A stretch of DNA of 64,000 nt from an uncultured Actinomycetes bacterium (lineage in GTDB: Bacteria > Actinomycetota > Acidimicrobiia > IMCC26256 > JANYLB01), in contig CAWIOF010000004.1 of assembly GCA_963837715.1 (NCBI GenBank), forward strand, positions 1,222,552 through 1,286,551, given 5' to 3'. How positions within the stretch are numbered: the first letter of the stretch is position 1; the number at the start of each line of letters is the position of its first letter. Both the position numbers and the translations under genes were made by a program. The notes beneath the pieces are model-generated. The model did no database searches. It saw only the letters and a list, made by a program, of their open reading frames with translations, and was not told the origin of the DNA. Shown one piece after another: positions 36,320 to 46,008 of the stretch.

Positions 36320-38272
36320 GTGGACGACCAGGCCGGCCAGGTCGCGGCGATCAGAGACGTGCCGCTGTTCGGCGCGTTCTCCGGCGACGAGCTCGAACGA
36401 CTCGCCGGACTCTGCTCCGAGGTCTCGTTCCGCAAGGGCGAGACGCTCTGGAGCGAGGGCGACCCCGGCGACTCGTTCCTCGTCGTGCTCGCGGGTGAGC
36501 TCGAGGTGCTCGCGGGCGAGCGGGTCGTCGCCCGTCTCGGCCCGGGCGACTTCCTGGGCGAGACCGCCCTGCTGCTCGGCGAGGCCCGCACCGCGACGGT
36601 CCGCGCCTCCCGGCGCTCCCAGCTGCTGACGCTCTCGGCCGACGACTTCGGAGAGTCGTTCGCCCAGAACGCCAAGGTCCTCGAACACCTGTCGCGTGTG
36701 CTCTCCCAGCGGCTGACGGCGCGGAACCGCGACGAGGTCGTCCATCGCTCGGTGACCGTGATCGGCGTCGTCGGCGAGGCGGGACTCGTCGGTCGGTCCC
36801 TCGTGGCCGGACCCCTGGCCGCGCTCCTGGCCCGCATCACCGGGCGACCCGCGCTCCTCGTCGATGTGTCGTCGCCCGACGCGGGCGGTGCTCGGAGCCA
36901 CGACCGGTACGACCTCGGCGACCTCGCGGGTGAACCCGTCGACCGGCTGCGCACCATGGTCGAGTCGGATCGCCACCCGGTTCCCCGGCTGGTGACATCC
37001 CTGCCGGTTGGCGGTGCCGGCGAACGGTTCACCGGTGGACTCGACGCGGTGACCCGCGCCCTCGGTGCGGAGTTCCCGGTGATCGTGGCCGACATCAGTG
37101 GTTCGGTCGCCCTCGACTCCGCGGTCGTGGCCGAGGTCTGTGACGTGATCGTCGAGATCGTCGCCCGACCGGGCGCGACCGCCACGGTCACGCACGCGGC
37201 GCACACGCGCATCTTCGAGGTCGTGAACCTCTTCAACGAGCAGTCGACGCCGATCGCGATCAACCGCTGCGAGCCGTTCGTGGTCCCGGTCGACTTCGCG
37301 CTCGACGACGGCGACCCGGTGTCGCAGACGTTGCACGTGCTCGAGAATCCATGGTCGCCGGCGACGCCGCCGCTGACGCGCCTCGCCCGCAAGATCCTGG
37401 GTGTGTCGGTCGGGATCGCGCTCGGTGGTGGTGCGGCGTTCGGCGTCGCGCACGTGGGCGTGCTCGCAGCGCTCGAGGCGGCCGGTGTCCCGCTGGATCT
37501 CGTCGTCGGTACGAGCATGGGATCGATCGTCGCCATGGGGTACGCCGGTGGGTTGCGACCCGCCGCGATGGAGGAGATCGCCGGTCGCATCGGCAACGTC
37601 CGCACCGTGTTGAGCGCACTCGACGTGACCCTCACCCGGCCGGGGTTCCTGCGCGGCGACCGGCTCGTGTCGATCTTCGGTCCGTTGCTGGGCTCGGTGC
37701 AGACGTTTGATCAGCTGCTGATCCCGGCCCAGACCGTTGCGTGCGACATCGAATCCGGTGAGCGCATCTGCCTCGGCGAGGGTCGGCTCGATGCCGCGTT
37801 CCGCGCCAGCTCGTCGGTCCCGATGATCTGGGCGCCGGTCCGTCGCGACGGACGGACGCTCGTCGACGGCAGCATGGTCGACCCCGTCCCGGCCGAGGTG
37901 GTGCGCGAGATGGGTGCCGACCTCTGCATCGCGGTCAACGTCGTCCCGCAGCTGCAGAAGGGGGTCACGACTGCGCTCCAGCGCGTCTACCAACGGGTGA
38001 ACACCTTCAACCCGCTCTCCTACACGAGTGGCAGCCGCGACATGCCGAACATGTTCGACCTGGTCATGAACTCGATCCAGTCACTGCAGTACGAACTGGG
38101 GAACTTCAAGGCGATCTCCGCCGACGTGCGCATCAACGTGGAGCTCGCCGAGTTCACGTGGATCGACTTCCACCGGGCGCTCGAACTGATCGCCCGGGGG
38201 GCCGAGGCGGCGACCGCGGCCCTGCCCGACATCGACCGCATGCTCACCGAACGCCTCCCGCAACCGAGCTGA
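36320..38272 (+). CDS. cNMP-binding domain / degenerate MinD-ParA-like region / patatin-like phospholipase fusion
   Basis: 650 aa. CAP_ED (FLGETALLLGEARTATVRA). The central region has VIGVVGEAGLVGRS in place of a Walker A box. The patatin domain has GGGAAFG, GTSMGS and VDGSMVDPVP. Confidence 0.85.
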   Translation: MDDQAGQVAAIRDVPLFGAFSGDELERLAGLCSEVSFRKGETLWSEGDPGDSFLVVLAGELEVLAGERVVARLGPGDFLGETALLLGEARTATVRASRRSQLLTLSADDFGESFAQNAKVLEHLSRVLSQRLTARNRDEVVHRSVTVIGVVGEAGLVGRSLVAGPLAALLARITGRPALLVDVSSPDAGGARSHDRYDLGDLAGEPVDRLRTMVESDRHPVPRLVTSLPVGGAGERFTGGLDAVTRALGAEFPVIVADISGSVALDSAVVAEVCDVIVEIVARPGATATVTHAAHTRIFEVVNLFNEQSTPIAINRCEPFVVPVDFALDDGDPVSQTLHVLENPWSPATPPLTRLARKILGVSVGIALGGGAAFGVAHVGVLAALEAAGVPLDLVVGTSMGSIVAMGYAGGLRPAAMEEIAGRIGNVRTVLSALDVTLTRPGFLRGDRLVSIFGPLLGSVQTFDQLLIPAQTVACDIESGERICLGEGRLDAAFRASSSVPMIWAPVRRDGRTLVDGSMVDPVPAEVVREMGADLCIAVNVVPQLQKGVTTALQRVYQRVNTFNPLSYTSGSRDMPNMFDLVMNSIQSLQYELGNFKAISADVRINVELAEFTWIDFHRALELIARGAEAATAALPDIDRMLTERLPQPS

Positions 38273-38277
38273 CCCCG

Positions 38278-39175
38278 TCAGGGATCGAGCACCGCCTCCC
38301 GACCGAGTTCGCGCGCGCGCGTCTCCTCCTCGGCGGCGCCGGCCGACCGGGCGAGCTGGACCACCCCGGCCGCCATCGCTCCGATCGCGAGCGCGACGAC
38401 GGCCCACTCGAGGACCGTGTCGGTCGAGAGGTGCTCCTGGAACACCGCGACGCCGAGCGCCACGCCGATCACCTGCGCGGTGCAGACCTGGGTCGGCATC
38501 GCCGCCGTGAGCGATCCGGCCTGGAACGCACTCTGGTTCGCCAGCATCCCGATCCCGGCGAACGCGGCGAGCGCGTACGGCTCCCACGCGGTGAGCGCGG
38601 TGCCGAGACCGTCGCCGAACAGGCCCATCGTGCTCTTCGTCAACGCGGCGGTCAGTCCGTAGGCGGCGCCGGTCGTCAGCGAGAACAGGACGGCGCGTCG
38701 GGTTCCCGAGGTGCGGAATCCCGCGACGATGCCGAACACCACGAGGACCGCTGCGGGCGTTCCCCACACGAGCCAATTCGAGAGGTCACCGCGATCGACG
38801 CCACCCTCGGGTGCGCCGGCGCCGATGAACGCCACGAGTCCGAACGTCAGCGCGCCGGCGGCGAGCCAGTCGTTGCGACTCATCGGCCGGTTGAACCACC
38901 GGGCATCGATGAGCAACGCGAAGAGGAGCCCCGACGACAGCAGGGGCTGGACCACGATGAGGGAGCCGAGGCCCAGCGCGACCGCCTCGCACGCCGAACG
39001 CGCTCCAGTCGGCGGCGTAGCCGAGCAGCCACCGGGGCTGGCGGAGCAGGTGGAACATGAGCGACGGCCGCATCGCCTTGTTCTGGGGGGCCTCGGCCGC
39101 GGCCTTCTGCTGGAGCACCGCCGAGATCGCGTACAGGAGCGCCGCGGCGAGGGCGAGGGGGATCGCGGCTGCCAT
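38278..39175 (-). pseudogene. DMT/EamA-like membrane transporter, frame-disrupted (or sequencing error)
   Basis: ATG 39175 (MAAAIPLALAAALLYAISAVLQQ) is in ORF 38786..39763. The remaining eight helices are in ORF 38278..39279. There is an extra G near 38994; length is 3n+1. Confidence 0.8.
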
Positions 39176-39271
39176 CTCCGACCACGGTACCGCCCGAGGC
39201 GATGTTCCCCCGCCCCGACGCTCCGGGCCGATCGGCCCGATCCCGACCGCATGACGGTAGAGTGAGCCCTC

Positions 39272-41098
39272 GTGCACACGGCCCGATCCGAGCCGACCGC
39301 AGGGGCGACGGGCGAAGCTCCCCCCGGTCAGCGGCGAGTCCTCATCGTGTCCGCCTCGATGGGCGCGGGCCACGACGGTGCCGCGCGCGAGTTGCAGGGG
39401 CGACTCGAGTCGATGGGCGACGAGGTCCGCATCATCGACTTCCTCGAGCTGCCCTACCTGAGGTTCGGGGCGTTCATGCGCTGGAGCTACGAAGCCCAGC
39501 TGCGGTTGGTCCCGTGGAGCTACGAGCTCATGTACCGGATGTGGTACCTCGCTCCGTTCATGTGGTACCCGCTGGTCTGGTTCGACACGTTCATCTCGCG
39601 GCGGCGGCTGCGCCAGGCGATCGAAGCGATGGATCCCGACGTGGTGGTGTCGACGTATCCACTCGCGTCGTTGGTGCTCGGGAACCTCCGGAAGAAGAAC
39701 TGGCTCCGTGTTCCCGCGATCACCTACGTCACCGACTTCGGCGTCCACCCGCTGTGGACGCACCCGGGCATCGATCTCACGCTCACCGTCAGTCCGCCGT
39801 CGGCAGTGGTGGCCCGCGAGCGCACCGGTCGGCCGGCAGAGGCTCCCGGCCCGCTGGTGTCGGAGCGCTTCCGGGCCGACCTGCCCGACCGCGCCACGGC
39901 CCGCGCGGCGTTCGACCTCGGCGACGACGAACGGGTCGTGCTCGTGGTCGCGGGTTCATGGGGTGTAGGAGAGGTGGTCCGCACGGTCGAGGTGCTCGCC
40001 TCCTCCGACCGGTTCCACGTCGTCACCGTGTGCGGACGCGACGAGAAGCTCCGGGCGCGCCTCGAGGCCGCCGAGCTCGGGACGGTCATCGGGTGGACCG
40101 ACGCGATGCCCACGCTGATGGCGGCATGCGACGCGCTCGTCGAGAACGCCGGCGGCCTGAGCTGCATGGAGGCCTATGCGGCCCGCCTCCCGGTCGTGTC
40201 GTTCCTGCCGATCGCCGGCCACGGCCGGGAGAACGCACAGTGGATGAACGACTACGGGTCGAACCGCTACGCCCAGACCAACGAAGAGCTGTTCGCCGCG
40301 CTCGAGGAGCTCACCGTCCCCGGCGGTGCGCGTGACCGACAGATCGCCCGGGCCCGCGCGTTGTTCGCCGGCGACGCGGCCCGCACGATCGACGCCGCAG
40401 CTCGACGCAGCGCCGAGGTCCCGGTGGTCGTGCCGTTCAAGGTCCCACACGCCCGTCGCCGCGTCGCCGGCGCGACCGCCGCAGCGATCATCGCTTACGG
40501 CGGACTCACGCTGGGTGCCCAGGCGGTGGCCGGTTTCGGAGTCGGGGTGGCCCGGGCGCCGAAGAACGCGCCCGACCAGGTCTACCTGGGAGTCCGCCTC
40601 GCGGCCGACGACCTCGCCGATCCCGCGGTGATCGACCAGCTCCGCGCCATGGACGTGACTGCGATCGTCGACGCCCACACCGCGCGGACGGCTCCCGGGA
40701 GACTGCGCGAGCTCGCCGAGGCCGGCGTCGACATCGGCAACGGCGGCTGGGGTCCCGGCCACGGAGCGACCTTGCGCTGGCGACGGGCCCAGGCCGACGT
40801 CGCCAAGTCGGCCGAGGTGTTGCGACGGGAAGCAGGTGTCGTGCCGAGCGAGTTCGCGCCGGGGCGGCGCTTCGACGCGTTCGATCAGCTGTGGTGCCGT
40901 CGACGACACCAGCGCATGGTCGCGGCCAACGACGAGTTCGATCCCGACACCCTGCCCGCAGAGCTCCGGGGCCGAAGGGTGTACGTCCTCGAAGGGCGCG
41001 ACCACGATCCCGCCGACCTCGTGGCCGCGCTCGAGCGTCTCGACGAACGGCTGGAATCCGACGGTCTCCGTCCCACCCCCCTCGCCGAACTCACGTGA
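39272..41098 (+). CDS. MGDG-synthase/GT28-type glycosyltransferase fused to a TM segment and an extra C-terminal domain
   Basis: The N-terminal RVLIVSASMGAGHDGAAREL and ENAGGLSCMEA motifs match UgtP/MGDG-synthase-like GTs. A TM helix lies around residue 410, followed by a roughly 190-aa C-terminal domain of unclear family. Confidence 0.75.
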   Translation: MHTARSEPTAGATGEAPPGQRRVLIVSASMGAGHDGAARELQGRLESMGDEVRIIDFLELPYLRFGAFMRWSYEAQLRLVPWSYELMYRMWYLAPFMWYPLVWFDTFISRRRLRQAIEAMDPDVVVSTYPLASLVLGNLRKKNWLRVPAITYVTDFGVHPLWTHPGIDLTLTVSPPSAVVARERTGRPAEAPGPLVSERFRADLPDRATARAAFDLGDDERVVLVVAGSWGVGEVVRTVEVLASSDRFHVVTVCGRDEKLRARLEAAELGTVIGWTDAMPTLMAACDALVENAGGLSCMEAYAARLPVVSFLPIAGHGRENAQWMNDYGSNRYAQTNEELFAALEELTVPGGARDRQIARARALFAGDAARTIDAAARRSAEVPVVVPFKVPHARRRVAGATAAAIIAYGGLTLGAQAVAGFGVGVARAPKNAPDQVYLGVRLAADDLADPAVIDQLRAMDVTAIVDAHTARTAPGRLRELAEAGVDIGNGGWGPGHGATLRWRRAQADVAKSAEVLRREAGVVPSEFAPGRRFDAFDQLWCRRRHQRMVAANDEFDPDTLPAELRGRRVYVLEGRDHDPADLVAALERLDERLESDGLRPTPLAELT

Positions 41099-41165
41099 CC
41101 ACACGCCCGACATCCCGCAAGACGTCCCGCAGAACGTCCCCCAACGTTGGGCGCGTTTCGGTCCT

Positions 41166-41936
41166 ATGAGGACCAGAACGCGCCCAACTGGCGGGGTTGG
41201 TGGCCGGCGCGGGGTTGGTGGCCGGGGCGGTGCGCTGCTCGCGGGGGTGGTCGTCGGGGCCGGGGTGATGCACGCGGCACCGGCGCTCACCGCGATCGGA
41301 CCGCTGCGGCGGTACCTCCTCCCGCATCTCGCAGGGGTCGGACGTCGGGGCCACGTCGCGCTCACCTTCGACGACGGACCCGACCCGGCCTCGACTCCGG
41401 CGTTCCTCGAGGCGCTCGACGACCTCGGCTGGCACGCCACCTTCTTCATGCTCGGTGAGATGGTGCGGAAGGCGCCGGGGCTCGCGGCCGAGGTTGCCGC
41501 GGCAGGGCACGAGGTCGCGGTGCACGGTGAATCGCACCGGTCGATGCTCTGGCGAACCCCCTGGTCGGTCGTCGACGATGTCGAGCGCGGCCTCGCGGTG
41601 GTCGCCGATGCCACCGGAGTCGAGCCGCGCCACTTCCGACCCCCCTACGGGATGCTGTCGGGTGGGGCACTGCGAGCGGCGGCCCGATGCGACCTCGACA
41701 CCGTCCTCTGGACCGCGTGGGGTCGCGACTGGCGACCCGAAGCGACGCCGCGGTCGGTCACCGACGACGTCGTGCGCGGCCACCTCGACGGCGGGACGGT
41801 GTTGCTCCACGATTCCGACTGCACCTCGGCGCCGGGCTCGTGGAACTCGGCCGTCGGCGCGCTGCCTGCGCTCGCCGACGAGTTCTCGGCCCGTGGATTG
41901 CAGGTCGGCACCCTCGCGACGCACTTCGCGGCCTGA
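41166..41936 (+). CDS. polysaccharide deacetylase (NodB homology domain)
   Basis: ATG 41166 inside ORF 40836..41936. An N-terminal TM helix, then TFDDGP, HGESH and RPPYG motifs. Confidence 0.85.
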   Translation: MRTRTRPTGGVGGRRGVGGRGGALLAGVVVGAGVMHAAPALTAIGPLRRYLLPHLAGVGRRGHVALTFDDGPDPASTPAFLEALDDLGWHATFFMLGEMVRKAPGLAAEVAAAGHEVAVHGESHRSMLWRTPWSVVDDVERGLAVVADATGVEPRHFRPPYGMLSGGALRAAARCDLDTVLWTAWGRDWRPEATPRSVTDDVVRGHLDGGTVLLHDSDCTSAPGSWNSAVGALPALADEFSARGLQVGTLATHFAA

Positions 41937-41991
41937 GGCGGCTCCGACGCATCCGGCCAGTCGGCCAGTCGGCGAGTCGGTCAGCGGATGG

Positions 41992-42889
41992 TCAGCGTTG
42001 CAGCGGGAGGACGGCCGCGGCGGTCTCGCCGAGCTCGTCGGCCCAGTCGTCGGGCGCACCGAACGGGACGAGCACGAACTTGGAGAACCCGACCGCGAGG
42101 AACTCCTCGATGCGCGGCGCGAGCTTCGCGATCCCCTCGACCACGAGCTCGGCGGGATCGACGTCGGGGTTGCGGCTCGGCGAGGAGCTGCAACACGGAG
42201 TCGGGCACCGTGTCGCGCGTGTAGAAGATCATCGTGCCGTAGTGCTCGGGGTCGATCGACCGACCTGCGGCGTCGGCCGCGACTTCGATCGTCCCTCGTC
42301 CGGCTTCGCAGTCGGCGGGGGTCGCGAAGCTCGCGAGCCAGCCGTCGCCGAGGCGACCGACCCGTCGGAGCTCGCTCGGTGCCTTGCCGCCGAGCCACAC
42401 GTCGAGCGGCTGTTGCGTCGGCTTCGGCATCACCCGCAGTGCTTCGTAATGGAACCGCGGGCCGTCGTGATCGACCGAGTCCTCGCTCCAGATGCGCCGG
42501 ATCAATGGCAGCGCTTCGTCGAACCAGGGGGCCCGATCGGCGCGCGCCACGCCGAATGCCTGCTGCTCGGACCCGCTCGCGACCCCGAGCCCGAATGCGG
42601 GGAGCAGCCGACCGCCGGAGAGGACGTCGAGGCTCGCGAGCTCCTTGGCCAGGAGCGCCGGGTTGCGGCCGGGGAGCACCTGCACGCTGGTGCCGAGCTT
42701 GAGCTTTCGGGTCCGGCCCGCGGCGACGGCGAGCCCGATGATCGGATCCGGTGCCGGGCCACTCACCCGTTCGGAGAGCCAGAGCGAGTCGAATCCGTTG
42801 TGTTCGAGCCCGTCGACGAGCGCCGCGAAGCTCTCTGCTTCCCCGACGCTCTGCAGCGCGCCCAACCCGTACCCGACTCGGACCTTCAT
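41992..42889 (-). pseudogene. LLM-class (luciferase-like) F420-dependent oxidoreductase, frame-disrupted (or sequencing error)
   Basis: ATG 42889 (MKVRVGYGLG...). The conserved tail RNPDVDPAELVVEGIAKLAPRIEEFLAVGFSKFVLVPFG is read in the next frame to TGA 41992-41994. There is an extra base near 42175; length is 3n+1. Confidence 0.75.
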
Positions 42890-42980
42890 CCGAGGCGCCC
42901 CTTCTGGTTCGCTCCGTTGCGGCGCCTCGATCGCGCACCGGTTGCCGGCCCGCGCCGCGTGGCCGGCGCCTTCACTGCGC

Positions 42981-44201
42981 TCATCCAAGCTCGCGGAAGT
43001 GCTCGTACTTGCGGAGCTCGCGGCGGGCGATCTGCTGCTTGTGGACCTCGTCGGGACCGTCGACGAGATGCAGGGTGCGGGCGTGGGTGTACATGTCGGC
43101 GAGGGGCCAGTCCTGCGACACACCGGCCCCGCCGAAGAGCTGGATGGCGCGATCGATCACCTCGGTGGCCGTGCGGGCGGCGAGCACCTTGATCGCCGCG
43201 ATCTCGAAGCGAGCGCCCTTGTTGCCGACGGTGTCCATCAACCACGCGGCCTTCATCGTCAGGAGGCGGGTGGTCTCGATCGCGATCCGACTCTCGGCGA
43301 TCTGATCCTGCACGACGCCCTGCTCGGCGAGCGGCTTGCCGAACGGCGTGCGCATCCACGCCCGCATGCCCATCAGCTCGAGCGCCTTCTCGGCGAGACC
43401 GATCGCCCGCATGCAGTGGTGGATTCGACCGGGGCCGAGGCGGGCCTGCGCCATCGCGAAGCCGTTGCCCTCACCGCCGATCACGTTCGTGATCGGGACG
43501 CGCACGTCTTCGAAGAGCGTCTCGCAGTGGCCGCCACCGGCGTCGTGGCCGAACACCGACAAGGTCCGCACCACCTGGGCGCCCGGCGCGTCGAACGGCA
43601 CGATGACCATCGAATGGCGGTGGTACGGGTCGGCGCCGGGATCCGACACACCCATCAGGATCGCGAACTTGCACCGACTCGACGCCGCGCCACTCGTCCA
43701 CCACTTGTGTGCGTTGACCACGTAGTGGTCGCCGTCGCGCTCGATCCGCGACTGGATGTTCGTGGCATCGGAGCTCGCCACCCACGGCTCGGTCATCGCG
43801 AAGCAGGAGCGGATCTCGCCTTCGAGCAGCGGTACGAGCCATTCGTCCTGCTGCTCGGGCGTGCCGAACTCGGCGAGCAGCTCCATGTTGCCGGTGTCGG
43901 GCGCGGCGCAGTTCGTGGCCTCCGACGTGAGGAGGTTGCGGCCCATCAGCTCGCAGAGCGGGGCGTAGTCGACGTTCGACAGCCCGGCGCCGAAGGTGTC
44001 GTTGGGCATGAAGAGGTTCCACAACCCGCGGGCGCGGGCCTCGGTCTTGAGCTCCTCCATCACCGGGGGGTGGAAGTGCGAATCGCCTGATTCGCGCACC
44101 TGTTCGAAGTACACCGACGTGGCCGGTTCGACGGTGCTGTCGATGAAGTCCTGCAGCTCGCCGCGGAGCTCCTCGGCTCGTGGGCTGATCGAGAAGTCCA
44201 T
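42981..44201 (-). CDS. acyl-CoA dehydrogenase (ACAD10/11-like FadE)
   Basis: 406 aa. CFAMTEPWVASSDATN and the C-terminal GGAGVSQDWPLA motifs. Confidence 0.9.
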   Translation of the reverse strand: MDFSISPRAEELRGELQDFIDSTVEPATSVYFEQVRESGDSHFHPPVMEELKTEARARGLWNLFMPNDTFGAGLSNVDYAPLCELMGRNLLTSEATNCAAPDTGNMELLAEFGTPEQQDEWLVPLLEGEIRSCFAMTEPWVASSDATNIQSRIERDGDHYVVNAHKWWTSGAASSRCKFAILMGVSDPGADPYHRHSMVIVPFDAPGAQVVRTLSVFGHDAGGGHCETLFEDVRVPITNVIGGEGNGFAMAQARLGPGRIHHCMRAIGLAEKALELMGMRAWMRTPFGKPLAEQGVVQDQIAESRIAIETTRLLTMKAAWLMDTVGNKGARFEIAAIKVLAARTATEVIDRAIQLFGGAGVSQDWPLADMYTHARTLHLVDGPDEVHKQQIARRELRKYEHFRELG

Positions 44202-44305
44202 GTTCCCCCATGCTCGTCGGGCACCGACACCGGTGGTCGCACCCTACTTCCGGCCATCCTGGGTCATCCCGGGGCATCCACCGCCGGAACCGGCGTCGTA
44301 GTGGA

Positions 44306-45494
44306 ATGGGGGGGTTCGGTGCAGACCGGGTGACGGACCCTGACGGCGGGAGCACGGTGACGGCAGAGCGGATCGGGCTGGTGCTCGCGTGGCTCGCGGG
44401 CTGGTCGCTCCTGTGGCGCGTCCCACGTCTGCTGGCGGCGCGGCCCACCGGCCGGCGGCCCACGATCTCGGTGATCGTCCCCGCCCGCAACGAAGGTACG
44501 ACGCTGCCGACGCTGCTCTCGGGTCTGCTCGCGCAGGGCGAGCCCGCGAACGAGATCATCGTCGTCGACGACCACTCCGACGACGCCACCGCCGCCGTCG
44601 CCGCGGCAGCCGGGACGCGTGTCGTCCGGTCGGTCGCATCTCCCGCCGGGCTGGACGGGGAAGACGTGGGCCTGCTGGCAGGGCGCCGAAGCCGCCCGCG
44701 GGGAGCTCCTCGTGTTCCTCGACGCCGACACCGAACCCGGACCCGACCTCCTCGACCGTCTCGCGGCGGAGCACGCCCGAGGTGGGGGGCTGGTGTCGGT
44801 CGAGCCGTACCATCGGATGGAACGAGGCACCGAACGGCTGTCGGCGTTCTTCAACATCGTGTCGTGGATGGGGATCGGCGCGGCGTCGGCCCGTCGCCGT
44901 CGACGGGTGACTGGAGCCTTCGGACCGTGCCTCGCGATCGCGCGCACGGAGTACCGCTCCGTCGACGGGCACCGCGCGGTCCGGGGATCGGTGCTCGAAG
45001 ACGTCGCCCTCGCCCGGCACTGCCGCGCGTCCGGCCTCGCGGTTCGCTGCTTCGGCGGACGCGGATCGGTGCAGTTCCGCATGTACCCCGACGGGGTCCG
45101 CCACCTGATCGAGGGGTGGAGCAAGAACATCGCCGCGGGCGCCGGGTCCACGCCGATCGTGCGCACGCTCCTGGTGTTCGCCTGGATCACCGCCACGATC
45201 ACGGTCGCAACCGCGGCCCTCATGGGCTCGGCGGCCGTGGTCACGGGTGCGACCGGGCCGTCGTTCGTGGTCTGGGCTTTCTACGCCCTCTGGGTGGTGC
45301 AGCTCGGGGTGATGCTGCGGGCCCTCGGCAACTTCGGGGTCGGCTCGGTCGTGGGCTTCCCCGTCGGCGTGGGCGTGTTCGTGCTCATCTTCCTCCGCTC
45401 GATGTTCCTCACCGCGGTCCGCCGCCAGGTGGTCTGGAAGGGACGCTCGATCCCGGTGCGTCCGGGGCGACCCGCAGCCGACGAGGCACCGTGA
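44306..45494 (+). pseudogene. crtQ: GT2 glycosyltransferase resembling carotenoid glycosyltransferase CrtQ, frame-disrupted (or sequencing error)
   Basis: ISVIVPARNE...VVDDHSDD is in ORF 44210..45997 (start ATG 44306 or GTG 44357). PPGWTGKTWAC, FLDADT, SVEPYH, FRMYPDGVRHLIEGWSKN and VVWKGR are in ORF 44619..45494. Junction about 44625-44645; length is 3n+1. Confidence 0.7.
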
Positions 45495-45997
45495 GCGACC
45501 AGGGAATCTTCGCCGTGTCGCGTCCGTGGATGGTGGTCCTCGACGTGATGGTGTGGGCGGTGTGGGGCTTCGGCGTCGGGCTCTTCACCCACCGGCTCCC
45601 GGTGGACCGGCTCGACCACGACACCTGGCTCCTCCGGCTCCGCCCGGCCGAGCTCGACGCGTCGCTCTACGCCCGCCTCCGGGTGAAGCGATGGAAGGAC
45701 CGGCTGCCCGAGGCGGGAACGTTCTTCGCCGGTGGGTTCTCCAAGCGCACGGTCGCGACCCGTGACCCCGTGTACCTCGAACGGTTCGTGGTCGAGACGC
45801 GCCGGGCCGAGGTCACCCACTGGTTGGTGATGGCGATCGCGCCGGTGTTCGTGCTGTGGAACCCGTGGTGGCTCGTCGCGATCATGTTCGTCTACGCGTT
45901 CGTGGCCAACGTCCCGTGCCTCCTGGTGCAGCGGTACAACCGGATGCGCCTGTACCGGGTGCTCGAGCGTCAGAAGCGTTCGACCCGCTCCACCTGA
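45491..45997 (+). CDS. crtO: glycosyl-4,4'-diaponeurosporenoate acyltransferase (CrtO)-like membrane acyltransferase
   Basis: GTG 45491 overlaps the upstream stop (GTGA). ETRRAEVTHW and ANVPCLLVQRYNRMRL match S. aureus CrtO blocks as I recall them. Confidence 0.65.
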   Translation: MSDQGIFAVSRPWMVVLDVMVWAVWGFGVGLFTHRLPVDRLDHDTWLLRLRPAELDASLYARLRVKRWKDRLPEAGTFFAGGFSKRTVATRDPVYLERFVVETRRAEVTHWLVMAIAPVFVLWNPWWLVAIMFVYAFVANVPCLLVQRYNRMRLYRVLERQKRSTRST

Positions 45998-46008
45998 CCC
46001 GTATTGCG

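Noticed and set aside
35895-38272. Calling the cNMP/patatin pair a CBASS- or Pycsar-type defence system
   Set aside because: No CD-NTase or pyrimidine cyclase, and no other defence-island hallmarks, occur in the window. CAP-type cNMP domains fused to patatin also occur in housekeeping NTE-like proteins. I keep it only as an architecture worth checking.
41955-41986. 8-nt microrepeat GGCCAGTC GGCCAGTC GGCGAGTC GGTCAGCG in the deacetylase/LLM convergent gap
   Set aside because: It is short, degenerate, unrelated to modules X and Y, and has no evident structure or coding role. Noted only as a possible slippage-prone site.
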